Shown: one piece after another, positions 1 through 10,089 of the stretch
Numbering within the stretch: position 1 is the first letter of the stretch
Layout: the number at the start of each line of letters is the position of its first letter
Assembly: GCA_963676915.2 (NCBI GenBank)
Contig: CAXXVK010000059.1
Coordinates: 1-64,000, forward strand
From: Myxococcota bacterium
GTDB lineage: Bacteria; Myxococcota_A; SURF-8; G963663525
Reading direction: 5' to 3'
Length of the DNA stretch: 64,000 nt
Notes under the pieces: model-generated
What the model saw: only the letters and a program-made list of their open reading frames with translations
What the model was told of the DNA's origin: nothing
The model's database searches: none
Program-made: the position numbers and the translations under genes

Positions 1-602
1 CGAAATCCGCCTGGACCGGGGAAGTAGCCGAGCAGTATTTCCAACTGACGGATGGTATTTTGCGGGCGGCCGATCCGAATCACCTGAACCTGGGCGTTCG
101 TTTCGTCAGTCAGCAGGCTCCGGCCAAAGCGGTCGAGGCGGCGGGTCGCTACGTAGACGTTATGACGATCAACTTCTACGACATGGCGAAAATCGGGGAT
201 CTGGACATCGCCGAAACCGTGATGGCCATGGATACCCAATACCTACGTACTGATAATTACTTGGAAAATCACTATCTTGCGGGAGGGAAGCCGATCATGG
301 TGACCGAATGGGGATTTCGCGCTGCCGACGCGGGACTTCCCAACAGCTACCCGCCGATTTACCCGATCCTCGATACACAGACCGACCGCGCCGACGCCTA
401 CGAAGCCAAGTTCAGGGCCATGTTGGATCGACCGTGGTTTGTTGGTCAACACTGGTTTTTGTACGCCGACCAGCCGCCCGAAGGACGTTTCGACGGCGAG
501 GACAACAATTTCGGCATCGTCGATGAAAAGGACGAACCGTACACGGAGTTGACGCAACGCTGGAGTGCCATGTACAAGGAGATTTACGTTTCTTTGCCGT
601 AG
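1..602 (+). CDS. Glycoside hydrolase, GH50/beta-agarase-like TIM barrel, C-terminal part (5' end outside window)
   Basis: Frame open from position 3. Motifs DPNHLNLGVRF, KPIMVTEWGFRA and FVGQHWFLYADQP...EDNNFGIVD are typical of GH-A clan agarase-like C-termini. Confidence 0.7.
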   Translation, partial: KSAWTGEVAEQYFQLTDGILRAADPNHLNLGVRFVSQQAPAKAVEAAGRYVDVMTINFYDMAKIGDLDIAETVMAMDTQYLRTDNYLENHYLAGGKPIMVTEWGFRAADAGLPNSYPPIYPILDTQTDRADAYEAKFRAMLDRPWFVGQHWFLYADQPPEGRFDGEDNNFGIVDEKDEPYTELTQRWSAMYKEIYVSLP

Positions 603-665
603 CTTTCGGCGGGAAATGACGCGAAACAGTGAAATGAAATGGATATAGGGATGGAAGGACACGCT

Positions 666-2210
666 ATGAGCCGCCACGAATTGATTCTGATACTCGATTA
701 CGGATCTCAGTACACGCAGTTGATTGCCCGCCGCATCCGTGAGGCGAACGTGTATTGTGAAATCCATCCCTGTACGCTGCCGGTAGAGACGATCCGAGGC
801 ATGGACCCGAAAGGCATCGTGCTTTCCGGCGGTCCGGCCAGCACTCTGGACGAAGGTGCGCCCACCGCCGACGCCGCTTTATGGAAGCTCGGTGTTCCCA
901 TGCTGGGAATCTGCTATGGAATGCAACTGGCCGCTTTGGGACACGGCGGAAGTGTGGCGCACGCCGACCGCCGCGAGTACGGTCCCGCCATGGTGGAAAT
1001 CGACCGAAACAACGCGCTTTTTGCCGGGATTGACGAGTCTGACATCGCCGTCTGGGCTTCGCACGGCGACCGCGTGGATGTGCTGCCGAAAGGATTTAAG
1101 ACCATTGGCCAGTCCGAAAACTGCCCGATCGCGGCCTATACCGGTCCCGGTCAGGTGTACGGTATTCAGTTCCACCCGGAAGTGTCTCATACGCCGCAAG
1201 GTGGGAAAATCCTGGCAAATTTCCTCTTCGATATCTGCAAATGCTCCAAAGACTGGACCTCGGGGGCGTTCATCAACGAAACGGTTGAAGCCATTCGCCG
1301 CCAGGTGGGCGAAGAAGGCCGCGTCATCCTTGGGCTTTCCGGTGGTGTGGATTCCAGCGTTACGGCGGTATTGTTGCACAAAGCCATCGGTGAACGGCTT
1401 ACCTGCATTTTTGTCGATAACGGCCTGCTGCGTTTGAACGAACGCGAGGAAGTGGAAGAAACTTTCCAAGAACATTTTTCGATCGATCTCGTCACCGTAG
1501 ACGCCCGCGAGCGCTTTTACACCAACCTCAAAGGCTTGACCGACCCGGAAGATAAACGAAAATCCATCGGACACACCTTTATCGACGTGTTCCAGGAAGA
1601 AGCTGAAAAGATTGGGGAAACCCGCTTTCTGGCCCAGGGTACGATCTATCCCGACGTGATCGAATCCACCTCGTTCAAAGGACCGTCCGCGACGATCAAA
1701 TCCCACCACAACGTGGGTGGTCTGCCCGAAAAACTGGGTTTGGAACTGGTCGAGCCGCTCCGGGAACTGTTCAAGGATGAAGTACGCCGCGTGGGAGCCG
1801 AGTTGGGTATTCCCGACACCATGCTGATGCGCCATCCCTTCCCCGGTCCCGGATTGGGTGTCCGAGTTTTGGGAGAAGTCACCGGTGAGCGTTGCGACGT
1901 GCTCAAGCTGGCGGATGCCATTTTCATCGAGGAAATCCGCAAGGCCGGATGGTACGACCGCATTGCTCAGGCATTCGCCGTTCTGCTACCCGTCAAATCC
2001 GTCGGCGTCATGGGTGACGAGCGCACCCACGAGCACGCCTTGGTACTGCGGGCGGTCAACACCACCGATTTCATGACGGCCAACATCACCCGGCTACCTT
2101 TCGAGCTGCTGGAGACGATCAGCAACCGGATTATCAACGAGGTTCGCGGGATCAACCGTGTAGCCTACGATATTTCCAGCAAGCCCCCGGCAACCATCGA
2201 GTGGGAATAG
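666..2210 (+). CDS. guaA: GMP synthase (glutamine-hydrolysing)
   Basis: [45 protein letters not shown] and the C-terminus [13 protein letters not shown] at 666 follows GGAAGGA. Confidence 0.98.
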   Translation: MSRHELILILDYGSQYTQLIARRIREANVYCEIHPCTLPVETIRGMDPKGIVLSGGPASTLDEGAPTADAALWKLGVPMLGICYGMQLAALGHGGSVAHADRREYGPAMVEIDRNNALFAGIDESDIAVWASHGDRVDVLPKGFKTIGQSENCPIAAYTGPGQVYGIQFHPEVSHTPQGGKILANFLFDICKCSKDWTSGAFINETVEAIRRQVGEEGRVILGLSGGVDSSVTAVLLHKAIGERLTCIFVDNGLLRLNEREEVEETFQEHFSIDLVTVDARERFYTNLKGLTDPEDKRKSIGHTFIDVFQEEAEKIGETRFLAQGTIYPDVIESTSFKGPSATIKSHHNVGGLPEKLGLELVEPLRELFKDEVRRVGAELGIPDTMLMRHPFPGPGLGVRVLGEVTGERCDVLKLADAIFIEEIRKAGWYDRIAQAFAVLLPVKSVGVMGDERTHEHALVLRAVNTTDFMTANITRLPFELLETISNRIINEVRGINRVAYDISSKPPATIEWE

Positions 2211-2471
2211 GCGAGAACCGTCGCCGGAGTACTGTCTATACTGTCGGGTGAGAAATCACCCGGCAATTTAAACAGCCTTTCATCTCGGGTGAAAATCGTT
2301 CCAACTTCTCGAAAATTCACCGGTTTTCTGTGTTTTGCTACGATCCTCATGAACAATCGGGGCAAAAAATTCCTTCCCTGTCCTGTTCCACGTTCTTGTG
2401 AAGCTTCCCGTAAAAGTGGTATAAGATTTTGACGGTGTAGTATTTTCCAAGGTCGAAGTGCCGGAAGGACA

Positions 2472-3698
2472 ATGGAAGGGACGAATATCAGCTATTTGAA
2501 GCTTGTGACCGCGTTGGCGGCGGGGGTCGATTACCATCCTCCGAACCCACCTGCACACTGCTGGCGGGTTGCCGTGCTGGCCTATCGAACGGCGGAACTT
2601 CTTGGGTCGCGATACCTGAGAGAAGTTTTTCTGGCGGGATTGCTGGCCGATTGCGCCACCAGCCATCTTCCGAGGCACATCCTGGACATGATGGAGAGCA
2701 AACCGGCGCTGTTCGACCAGCGGGCGGATCTCGACCTGTTCATGCATCCGATTCTCGCGTACGAGGCTTTGCATAATCTTCCCCGGTTGAGAAAAGCCGC
2801 CAAGCTGGTGATTCAGCACCATGAAACGCCTTCAGGAAAAGGCTACCCGGAAGGCTTGAGCACCGAAGACCTGCCGGTCGAAACGGATTGTCTTCGGGCT
2901 GCCGATCAATTCGATATCCTGATGCACGAAGGAAATTACGAGTCGTCTCCGCAAGCCATGGAAGGGCTGTATCCCTTCGTCGGCGAAGAGATCGACCCGG
3001 AAGCCTACGAGGCGATGGGAGAAGCCCTGCGTCGCAATCACCTGTTCAGTCGATTGACGATTGCAGAGGAGTTGGAAGCCGAAGTACAAGCGATTCTGGA
3101 TGCGCTGTGCGAAAGGGAAAAACCGGCTGGCGAGACGGAAATCAAGGGATTGCTGGAAGTATTTTCCGACCTGATCGACAATCGAAATCCGTTGTATTCC
3201 TGCGGAAGATCACGAAAAACAGCCGATTTTGCAGTGAAAATCGCGACACACATGAAACTGAGTCCGGCGACGGTATGGGACGTTCATCAGGCGGCGCTGT
3301 TGCAAAATCTCGGGGAAGTTCCATGTCGAAAAACGTTGCTGGCCAAACCCGGAAAATTCAGTCGCGAGGAGCGCCGTTCCGTTTGTATGCACCCCCAGAT
3401 TTCCGCCAGATTCATCGAAAAAGTTCCGGGAATGGAAAAAGTGGCCCGGATCGTGTTGCATCATCATGAAAACTACGACGGAAGCGGCTATCCCGACAAG
3501 CTCCAAGGGGCGGATATTCCTTTGAGCAGTCGCATTTTGCGAATTGCCGACGGCTTTGTCGCCATTACGTCCGAAAGTCCTTATCAAAGCCGCCAGAGTT
3601 TGAAACAAGCCTTTCGGGAGTTGCGACGCAGCCAGCGCAAAGCTTTCGATCCGGCTCTCGTACAAGCCTTGATTCAGTTGTTGGAAAACGGATCGTAA
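2472..3698 (+). CDS. Tandem HD-GYP domain protein, both HD motifs degenerate
   Basis: Two HHE..(D/S)G.GYP motifs. The HD positions read AD (LLADCA) and QN (LLQNLG). Confidence 0.8.
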   Translation: MEGTNISYLKLVTALAAGVDYHPPNPPAHCWRVAVLAYRTAELLGSRYLREVFLAGLLADCATSHLPRHILDMMESKPALFDQRADLDLFMHPILAYEALHNLPRLRKAAKLVIQHHETPSGKGYPEGLSTEDLPVETDCLRAADQFDILMHEGNYESSPQAMEGLYPFVGEEIDPEAYEAMGEALRRNHLFSRLTIAEELEAEVQAILDALCEREKPAGETEIKGLLEVFSDLIDNRNPLYSCGRSRKTADFAVKIATHMKLSPATVWDVHQAALLQNLGEVPCRKTLLAKPGKFSREERRSVCMHPQISARFIEKVPGMEKVARIVLHHHENYDGSGYPDKLQGADIPLSSRILRIADGFVAITSESPYQSRQSLKQAFRELRRSQRKAFDPALVQALIQLLENGS

Positions 3699-3779
3699 CA
3701 GCCGACGAGATCGGTTTTTACCGGTCCTTGAGAATCAGGGGCGAAAGAGAACGAACGAAACGACGAAAAGGCGAATTTT

Positions 3780-5339
3780 ATGAAAAGCCAACCCTGCATT
3801 CTCATCGTGGACGACATGCCGACCAACATCAAGCTGTTGGAAGCCCATCTGGCGAGAGAACCGTACGAGTTGCTTTCCGCCGTCGATGGCGAGGATGCTC
3901 TTGAAAAAGTGAAAGAACATTCCCCGGATCTTTTGCTGCTCGACATCATGATGCCGAAAATGAGCGGTTTCGAAGTTTGCGCGAAGCTCAAAGAAGATCC
4001 CGACACGTGCCGGATTCCGGTGGTGATGGTTACGGCACTGGATAGCCCGGAAGACAAGGTTCGAGGTATCGAGGCGGGGGCGGACGATTTTCTGACCAAG
4101 CCGGTGAATCGGGCGGAATTGCTGGCTCGAACCCGGTCGCTGGTCCAAGCCAAACAGAACGCGGACCGCGTGGCCGAATTGCAGCAGGCGATGACTTCGC
4201 TGTTCGAGTTGTCTACCTTGTCCAATCGCTATGCTGACCGCACCAAGCTGCTGGACGAATTCTCGAAGCGTTGCGTGCAGTTGGCTCGTTCCGAAGCGGC
4301 CGCGATTTACCTGTTTTTCGGCGGCCAGCCGATGATGGTGGGTCAATACGGAATCGATCAACTCGATTATGCGTACGACGAGGTTGCCAAAGCGATTCTC
4401 GATAGCATCGTCCAGACCTTCAACCGTACCGACCAATTGTTATTAGGGGAAAAAGACGAAAAAATCGTCGGATTGCCGCTGATCGCTTACGACGGGACGA
4501 TGATCGGCGCCATGCTGGCGTTCGGTGTCGGCGACGAAAAAGACCATCCGTTGGATATTCTCAAGCTCGTCGCCCAGCGTTTGAGTTCCGAACTGGTATT
4601 GCTCGACTGGAATTCCGAGCTGGAGATGCGCATCAACGAGCGCACGCGCAAACAGCAGGAGACGATGAGCGTCCTCCAGGCCGCCTACGACGAATTGTTT
4701 CAAGCCCAAGAAGAAACGCTGCTTCGTTTGGCGCGAGCAGCGGAATTTCGTGACGAGGATACCGGTGCGCACCTGCGCCGGATTGCCAATTTCAGCTACA
4801 TGATTGCCGAGGAATTGGGGTTGCCGAGCCATTTTTGCGAGCGTCTACGGCTGGCTTCGATGATGCACGATATCGGAAAAATCGGCGTGCCCGACGCGGT
4901 GTTGCTCAAACCCGGAAGACTGACTCAGAGCGAGTGGGTGATCATGAAGCAGCATACGGTGCTTGGCGGACGGATTCTCGCCGGGTCGCATTCGCCGTTG
5001 ATTCAGATGTCCGAACGTGTGGCGCTGGGACATCACGAGCGTTTCAACGGGACGGGGTATCCCAACCAGTTGCAAGGCGACCAGATTCCCCTGGAAGCTC
5101 GCGTCGTTATGCTGGCCGACGTCTTCGACGCTCTGACAACCCAGCGGGTGTACAAACCCGCCTTCAGTGTCGAGCGGGCACGGAAGCTGATTGAGCAGGA
5201 CGTGGGGTCGCATTTCGATCCCGACGTAGCCAACGCCTTTTTCACTATCTGGGATAAAATCCTGGAGATTCGCGAACAGTACGGCGACGATGCCAGCGAA
5301 CTCGATCCGATCGAAATGGAAGAAGCCGCCGCCGAATAG
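3780..5339 (+). CDS. Response regulator with HD-GYP cyclic di-GMP phosphodiesterase (RpfG family)
   Basis: REC domain (IVDD, LLDIMMP, FLTKP), central GAF-like region, intact HDIGKIG, HHERFNGTGYP and ADVFDAL. Confidence 0.92.
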   Translation: MKSQPCILIVDDMPTNIKLLEAHLAREPYELLSAVDGEDALEKVKEHSPDLLLLDIMMPKMSGFEVCAKLKEDPDTCRIPVVMVTALDSPEDKVRGIEAGADDFLTKPVNRAELLARTRSLVQAKQNADRVAELQQAMTSLFELSTLSNRYADRTKLLDEFSKRCVQLARSEAAAIYLFFGGQPMMVGQYGIDQLDYAYDEVAKAILDSIVQTFNRTDQLLLGEKDEKIVGLPLIAYDGTMIGAMLAFGVGDEKDHPLDILKLVAQRLSSELVLLDWNSELEMRINERTRKQQETMSVLQAAYDELFQAQEETLLRLARAAEFRDEDTGAHLRRIANFSYMIAEELGLPSHFCERLRLASMMHDIGKIGVPDAVLLKPGRLTQSEWVIMKQHTVLGGRILAGSHSPLIQMSERVALGHHERFNGTGYPNQLQGDQIPLEARVVMLADVFDALTTQRVYKPAFSVERARKLIEQDVGSHFDPDVANAFFTIWDKILEIREQYGDDASELDPIEMEEAAAE

Positions 5340-5564
5340 AAGATCTATGATTTTCAACGGTTTGCACAGTTTCCCGGACCTTCCGATCCGTGAGGTTGTG
5401 GCGGCCTGAAGTTTAATTTTCAGGACGTATGCAGGTTTCTCCAGAAAAACGTCTATTCGTTAAAAAATATCCATTTTTATGCAAGGCATCCGCTGAAACG
5501 CGCAACGTATAAGGCGAAACGTTAAGAGCACCTTCCGTCGCTTTCAGAAAAAATTGAGGAGAGT

Positions 5565-6470
5565 GTGATGATCGGGGTTTGTTTGCCGCCTCGTATGGGG
5601 CCGTTGTGCGCTTTGAGACTGGGAATCTTGATGGCGAGTCTCATAATGCTTCCCATAGGAGTTTCCGAAGCCGGGGAATTGGAATCGGCCGACGTGGTTT
5701 CTTCCACCGAGACGGTCGAATCCTCCGACGAAACCTCGGAAGCTTCGGCATTGATCGACCGCTTGCAGCACAAAACCCTGTTGTTGCAGACCGCCAAAGG
5801 ACTCGATCAGGGGGACGTGGTTCTTACCGGCTACGACGGACCGGTCTGGCTGGAAGGCCGAGTCGGTTTGACCGACTGGTTGGAACTCGACGGATATTTT
5901 TCGTATTTACATGCTTATCTTATTGGCGGCGGTGAGATGCGAGTCCATTTTCCTGTGGGAGACCACCTGGATATTGCCGTTGGCGCGTCCGGAGGATACA
6001 TGGATATCGTGCCTTTTTATCATGATTTTGAAGATAACAATATGGCGTGGTTCGGTGGAAGTTTCGAATTGACCGCCGAATTCGAGCGGCACCTTTTGAC
6101 GTTCAGCGCAGCTGCCCATGGTATCCATGCGGAAACATGCATGGGCGATCGTTGCGATTACGATGGTCCGATAAAAGACGTGTTACCGGGAGCTTTGATG
6201 ATTACCGGCTTGGGATATCGGTACCGCGTCAATGATTTCTGGTCGGTGCAAACCGAAGCGACGGCGGTGTTTTATTCGAAAATGAGTCTCAAGGAATTCA
6301 AAGAAGAGGCCGTTTTGCTGCTCACCGGGGGTGGACGATGGCATACGGGCCGGGTCTTCGGGGATCTCGGACTGATTTACCCGTTGTCGAGTTGGTATTA
6401 CGACGGAGGAGCGCCGGGACTGTATTTTCCTTTGGGAATCCCCTATTTTTCGGTCGGAGTGATGCTTTAG
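5565..6470 (+). CDS. Exported beta-strand-rich (outer membrane-like) protein, paralog 1; true start uncertain
   Basis: Signal-like N-terminus, alternating aromatic beta strands, strong similarity to 6496..7440. Confidence 0.6.
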   Translation: MMIGVCLPPRMGPLCALRLGILMASLIMLPIGVSEAGELESADVVSSTETVESSDETSEASALIDRLQHKTLLLQTAKGLDQGDVVLTGYDGPVWLEGRVGLTDWLELDGYFSYLHAYLIGGGEMRVHFPVGDHLDIAVGASGGYMDIVPFYHDFEDNNMAWFGGSFELTAEFERHLLTFSAAAHGIHAETCMGDRCDYDGPIKDVLPGALMITGLGYRYRVNDFWSVQTEATAVFYSKMSLKEFKEEAVLLLTGGGRWHTGRVFGDLGLIYPLSSWYYDGGAPGLYFPLGIPYFSVGVML

Positions 6471-6495
6471 ATCTGTGAAAAAGGGTCTTCTTTAA

Positions 6496-7440
6496 ATGAG
6501 CACGATTCCTTTCAAAAGAAACAGAGGAGAGCACGACGATCGAGGGTTGTTGTTTCCTGGTTTGCGTACTTTTTGCGCTTTCGTAACAGGATGGATCATT
6601 TCCGGCATCGCACTACTTCCAATCGGACTGGCAGAAGCTCAAGAATTGGAAGCGGAAACAGTGAAATCGGTGGATGAAACAAGTGAACCGCCCGACGACG
6701 CATCGGAATCAAAGACGCTGGTAGACCGGTTGGAACACAAAGTGATGTTGTGGCAGACGGCGAATGGATTGGATCAGGGAGACGTGATCCTCACGGGATA
6801 CGATGGCGTGATATGGCTCGAAGGCCGGGTCGGTCTTACGGACTGGTTGGAACTCGACGGCTATTTTTCCGCTCCGATTTTTTACGCCCTTGTCGGTGGG
6901 TCTTTGCGCACACATTTTCCCGTGGGAAAAAATCTTCGAGCCTCGATTGGCGCGTCCGGTGGCTATACAAGTTATTTTCCCGTTCAGGAAGACATGAATA
7001 ACGATCATCTCGCGTATTTCGGGGGTAGTTTCGAGCTGACGGGTAAATACAAAAAACACCTTTTCAATTTCAGTCTTGCTGCTCACGGTTTTTATACGGA
7101 AAACCCCAATTGTTTGGGTGATTATTGTTATGAAGAGATGGATGGCCCCAAAAAGAAACTCTGGCCTGGTGCCGTGGTCATGAGTGGGCTGGGGTATCGC
7201 TATTCTTTGAATGATACATGGTCATTACAGGCCGAATTGCTTGTAACCTTTTATTCGCGTCAAAAACCGAGAGAGTTTTTCTTGCCGTTGTTTACGTGGG
7301 GCGCCCGGTGGCATACGGAGCATTTTTTCGGAGATCTCGGGTTGATTGCTCCGATTGTAGAAGGCTACTACGAAAAGGGAAACACGGGCCAATACCTGCC
7401 GCTCGGTCTCCCCTATTTCTCTATCGGGTCAATGTTTTAG
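6496..7440 (+). CDS. Exported beta-strand-rich (outer membrane-like) protein, paralog 2
   Basis: Shares GLDQGDV.LTGYDG..WLEGRVGLTDWLELDGYFS and PLG.PYFS.G with paralog 1. Ends in Phe. Confidence 0.6.
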   Translation: MSTIPFKRNRGEHDDRGLLFPGLRTFCAFVTGWIISGIALLPIGLAEAQELEAETVKSVDETSEPPDDASESKTLVDRLEHKVMLWQTANGLDQGDVILTGYDGVIWLEGRVGLTDWLELDGYFSAPIFYALVGGSLRTHFPVGKNLRASIGASGGYTSYFPVQEDMNNDHLAYFGGSFELTGKYKKHLFNFSLAAHGFYTENPNCLGDYCYEEMDGPKKKLWPGAVVMSGLGYRYSLNDTWSLQAELLVTFYSRQKPREFFLPLFTWGARWHTEHFFGDLGLIAPIVEGYYEKGNTGQYLPLGLPYFSIGSMF

Positions 7441-7476
7441 ATGTGCCGGTAGATCCTTCCAATCTCAAAAAATCAA

Positions 7477-7516
7477 AAAACGGTCGGTTTCCATAACCTT
7501 CGGAACCGACCGTTTT
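7477..7516. terminator. Bidirectional intrinsic terminator between convergent genes
   Basis: AAAACGGTCGGTTTCC-loop-GGAACCGACCGTTTT inverted repeat. Confidence 0.7.
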
Positions 7517-7535
7517 CGTTGCTAAAAAATACAAT

Positions 7536-7924
7536 TCAGTCGGGATCGATGGAATTCACAAGCCAGTCCAGGCCGACTTTTTCAAAATTCTCGACGGACG
7601 ACGCATCGATGTAGCGTTCCCACTGGTAAATCCCCGTTTCTTTGGCGATACGCTGGAACTGCATTTTCAGGATGGCACTGTTGACCACCACCACCGAACG
7701 GTTCATGCCATTGTCTTTATACATTTTCTGGCCTGTTTGCATGATTTCTTGCGCTTCGGGAGACACCGGTTTCAGCGTCCGCATGTCCACGAAGACACCG
7801 AATTCCTTGGCAGACCCCGTCAGGGCCTTTTGGATGCGTCCACCCACTGCTGCATTTCATCTGCCGAAACCGACCCGTCGAAGGTCATTTTGTAGCCATA
7901 GTGTTTTTCTTCGAGGTTGAACAT
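7536..7924 (-). pseudogene. Conserved hypothetical (STAS/SEC14-like) ~129 aa, split by a 1-bp deletion
   Basis: ATG 7924 follows AAGGGAGA and reads MFNLEEKHYGYKMTFDG...WVDASK. It joins KALTGSAKEFGVFVDMR if the A4 run at 7828-7831 is A5. Confidence 0.65.
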
Positions 7925-8127
7925 GGTTCTTTCTCCCTTGATTAAAAAAAGACAATATGATGGTAAAAATACTTTCAAAAAAAGATATCGGACAGAAACA
8001 GGAAAATGTGAGTGGAGATTGGCAAGAAAGTAATATTCAATAAATTCATGCTGTTATAAAAATATAATGTTATTCTAACGTCTGTCTTGAACTACCATAA
8101 CGCATTTTTCAAAGGAAAAGAAAAATC

Positions 8128-8161
8128 TTGACACAATTCAGGAATACTGGTACCAGAATTA
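8128..8161 (+). promoter_or_regulatory. Putative sigma70 -35 box overlapped by an imperfect palindrome (candidate Rrf2 operator)
   Basis: TTGACA at 8128 followed by AATTCAGGAA-N6-TACCAGAATT directly upstream of the Rrf2 gene. Confidence 0.45.
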
Positions 8162-8190
8162 TAGATAACGTATTTTGCGAGGAGGTCGCC

Positions 8191-8667
8191 ATTTCCACCT
8201 TAGTAAAAATGTCTGAAGCGACCGCCTTGGCGATTCACGCCATGGCATTTTTGGCAATGAACCGAGAGCAGACGATCAATGCCGCTCATCTGGCGCAAGC
8301 CTGTCACGCCTCCGAGACGCACATGGTGAAAGTCTGCCAACGACTGGCAAAGGCGGGTTTCGTCACTCCCCGAAGAGGACCGGGGGGAGGCTTTCGGATC
8401 GAGCGCGATCCGGCAGATATCTGTCTGGACGAGATTTATTCCGTCTTCGACGGCAAATTGGAAGTGAATCATTGCATGTTCGCTACGGGCGAATGTCGTC
8501 AGGGGAACATGCATCAATGCATACTGGGATCGAAAATGGCCGAAATCAATCGGGAAATCACCCGCTATTTCAGGGAAACCCGCCTGTCGGACATCGCCGC
8601 CAACTGCCATGCAAGGCAGTTGAACGACCCATCCGGCAAGCCCGCCCCGATACAAGGGAGGGAGTGA
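8191..8667 (+). CDS. Rrf2-family transcriptional regulator (three Cys, Fe-S type)
   Basis: ALAIHAM, wHTH with RGPGGGF, C-x6-C-x7-C. RBS GAGGAGG precedes an ATT codon at 8191; the alternative ATG is at 8209. Confidence 0.9.
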   Translation: MSTLVKMSEATALAIHAMAFLAMNREQTINAAHLAQACHASETHMVKVCQRLAKAGFVTPRRGPGGGFRIERDPADICLDEIYSVFDGKLEVNHCMFATGECRQGNMHQCILGSKMAEINREITRYFRETRLSDIAANCHARQLNDPSGKPAPIQGRE

Positions 8668-8670
8668 TTC

Positions 8671-10089
8671 ATGAAGAGATTCAAGCAGCTTTGGATCGTC
8701 GTGGTATTTCTTGTAATGGTCGTCCTGACCATTGCCGTGGAGCGACAAAGCACCTCCGGTAGCACGAAAGCCGAACCGGTGTTCGAGAAAAAACACCGGT
8801 CGCATCTCGATCATTCTTCGTTTTTCAAAGAACCGTTCGAATCGGCCCAGGCCGTGACGGACGCCTGCCTCGAATGCCATGAGGATGCCGCCCAAGGGTT
8901 CATGAAAACCGCCCACTGGAACTGGCTGGGCGACGAAGTGAAGATACCGGGGCACGAAAAACCGATGCGAATCGGCAAAAAGAATCTCATCAACAACTTC
9001 TGTATCGGCATTCAGGGCAACTGGCCTTCTTGCACGCGCTGCCATCCCGGATACGGGTGGAAGGACGACACCTTCGATTTCAAGAAAGAATCGAACGTGG
9101 ACTGTCTCGTCTGTCACGACTGGACCGGCGATTACCAGAAGGGCAAAGCGGGAATGCCGAAAGACAACGTGGATCTTTTGTCCGTGGCCAAGGGAGTAGG
9201 CTATCCGAAGCGCGAAAACTGCGGTACCTGTCACTTTTTCGGGGGTGGAGGACTGGGAGTCAAACACGGCGATCTGGACAACAGCCTCGACTATCCCACC
9301 GAGGATGTGGATATCCACATGAGCCGTCATCAGTTCTTGTGTGTGGACTGCCACAAAACGGAACATCACGACATTTCGGGCAAATCCATCTCCGTCAGCG
9401 TCGATCACAATGGAGGAATCGGGTGCACGGACTGTCACCGCGAACCGCCGCACAAGGATGAACGGATCAACGACCACCTCGATACCGTAGCCTGTCAAAC
9501 CTGCCACATTCCGACCTATGCAAGCAAAGTTCCGACAAAAATGGATTGGGATTGGAGCAAGGCGGGTGACGATGCACGACCCGACAACGTGCACGAATAT
9601 CTGAAAATCAAAGGGGAATTCGTGTACGAGCAATCTGTTGAACCGGAATATGCCTGGTTCAACCTGACTTCGAACCGCTACATCCTGGGAGATCCCATGG
9701 ACCCCGAGGGCGTCACAGCGATGAACGAGCCGCGAGGCGACATCGACGACCCGACGGCGAAAATCTGGCCGTTCAAAGTCCACCGTGGAAAACAACCGTA
9801 TGATGCCGTTCACAATTACTTCGTCTCTCCGGTCACGGCAGGAGAAGGCGGATACTGGCGGGAATTCGACTGGGATAAAGCCATGCGCCTGGGAGCGGAA
9901 CTGGGCGGGTTGGAGTACTCCGGCCAGTACGGATTCGCCAAAACCGAAATGTTCTGGCCGCTGTCGCATATGGTGGCTCCCAAGGACGGTGCATTGGGCT
10001 GCGCCGACTGTCACGGAGAAAAAGGCCGCATGGACTGGAAGGCGCTGGGCTACGGAGAAGATCCCGCCCGGACGGGAGGACGCCGATGA
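8671..10089 (+). CDS. otr: Octaheme c-type cytochrome, tetrathionate reductase (Otr) family
   Basis: Eight CxxCH motifs, plus GKKNLINNFCI, CTRCHPGYGW, GGGGLGVKHGDLD and KIWPFKVHRGKQPYD. Confidence 0.88.
   Translation: MKRFKQLWIVVVFLVMVVLTIAVERQSTSGSTKAEPVFEKKHRSHLDHSSFFKEPFESAQAVTDACLECHEDAAQGFMKTAHWNWLGDEVKIPGHEKPMRIGKKNLINNFCIGIQGNWPSCTRCHPGYGWKDDTFDFKKESNVDCLVCHDWTGDYQKGKAGMPKDNVDLLSVAKGVGYPKRENCGTCHFFGGGGLGVKHGDLDNSLDYPTEDVDIHMSRHQFLCVDCHKTEHHDISGKSISVSVDHNGGIGCTDCHREPPHKDERINDHLDTVACQTCHIPTYASKVPTKMDWDWSKAGDDARPDNVHEYLKIKGEFVYEQSVEPEYAWFNLTSNRYILGDPMDPEGVTAMNEPRGDIDDPTAKIWPFKVHRGKQPYDAVHNYFVSPVTAGEGGYWREFDWDKAMRLGAELGGLEYSGQYGFAKTEMFWPLSHMVAPKDGALGCADCHGEKGRMDWKALGYGEDPARTGGRR

Noticed and set aside
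2190-2470. Island integrated at the guaA 3' end (a known hotspot)
   Set aside because: No integrase follows guaA and I noticed no repeat of its 3' end in the window.
8200-10014. 604-aa minus-strand ORF and similar long antisense ORFs (879..1835, 10113..11390, 35500..36783, 36796..37809)
   Set aside because: They are shadows of well-supported genes on the opposite strand in GC-rich sequence and have no recognisable motifs.
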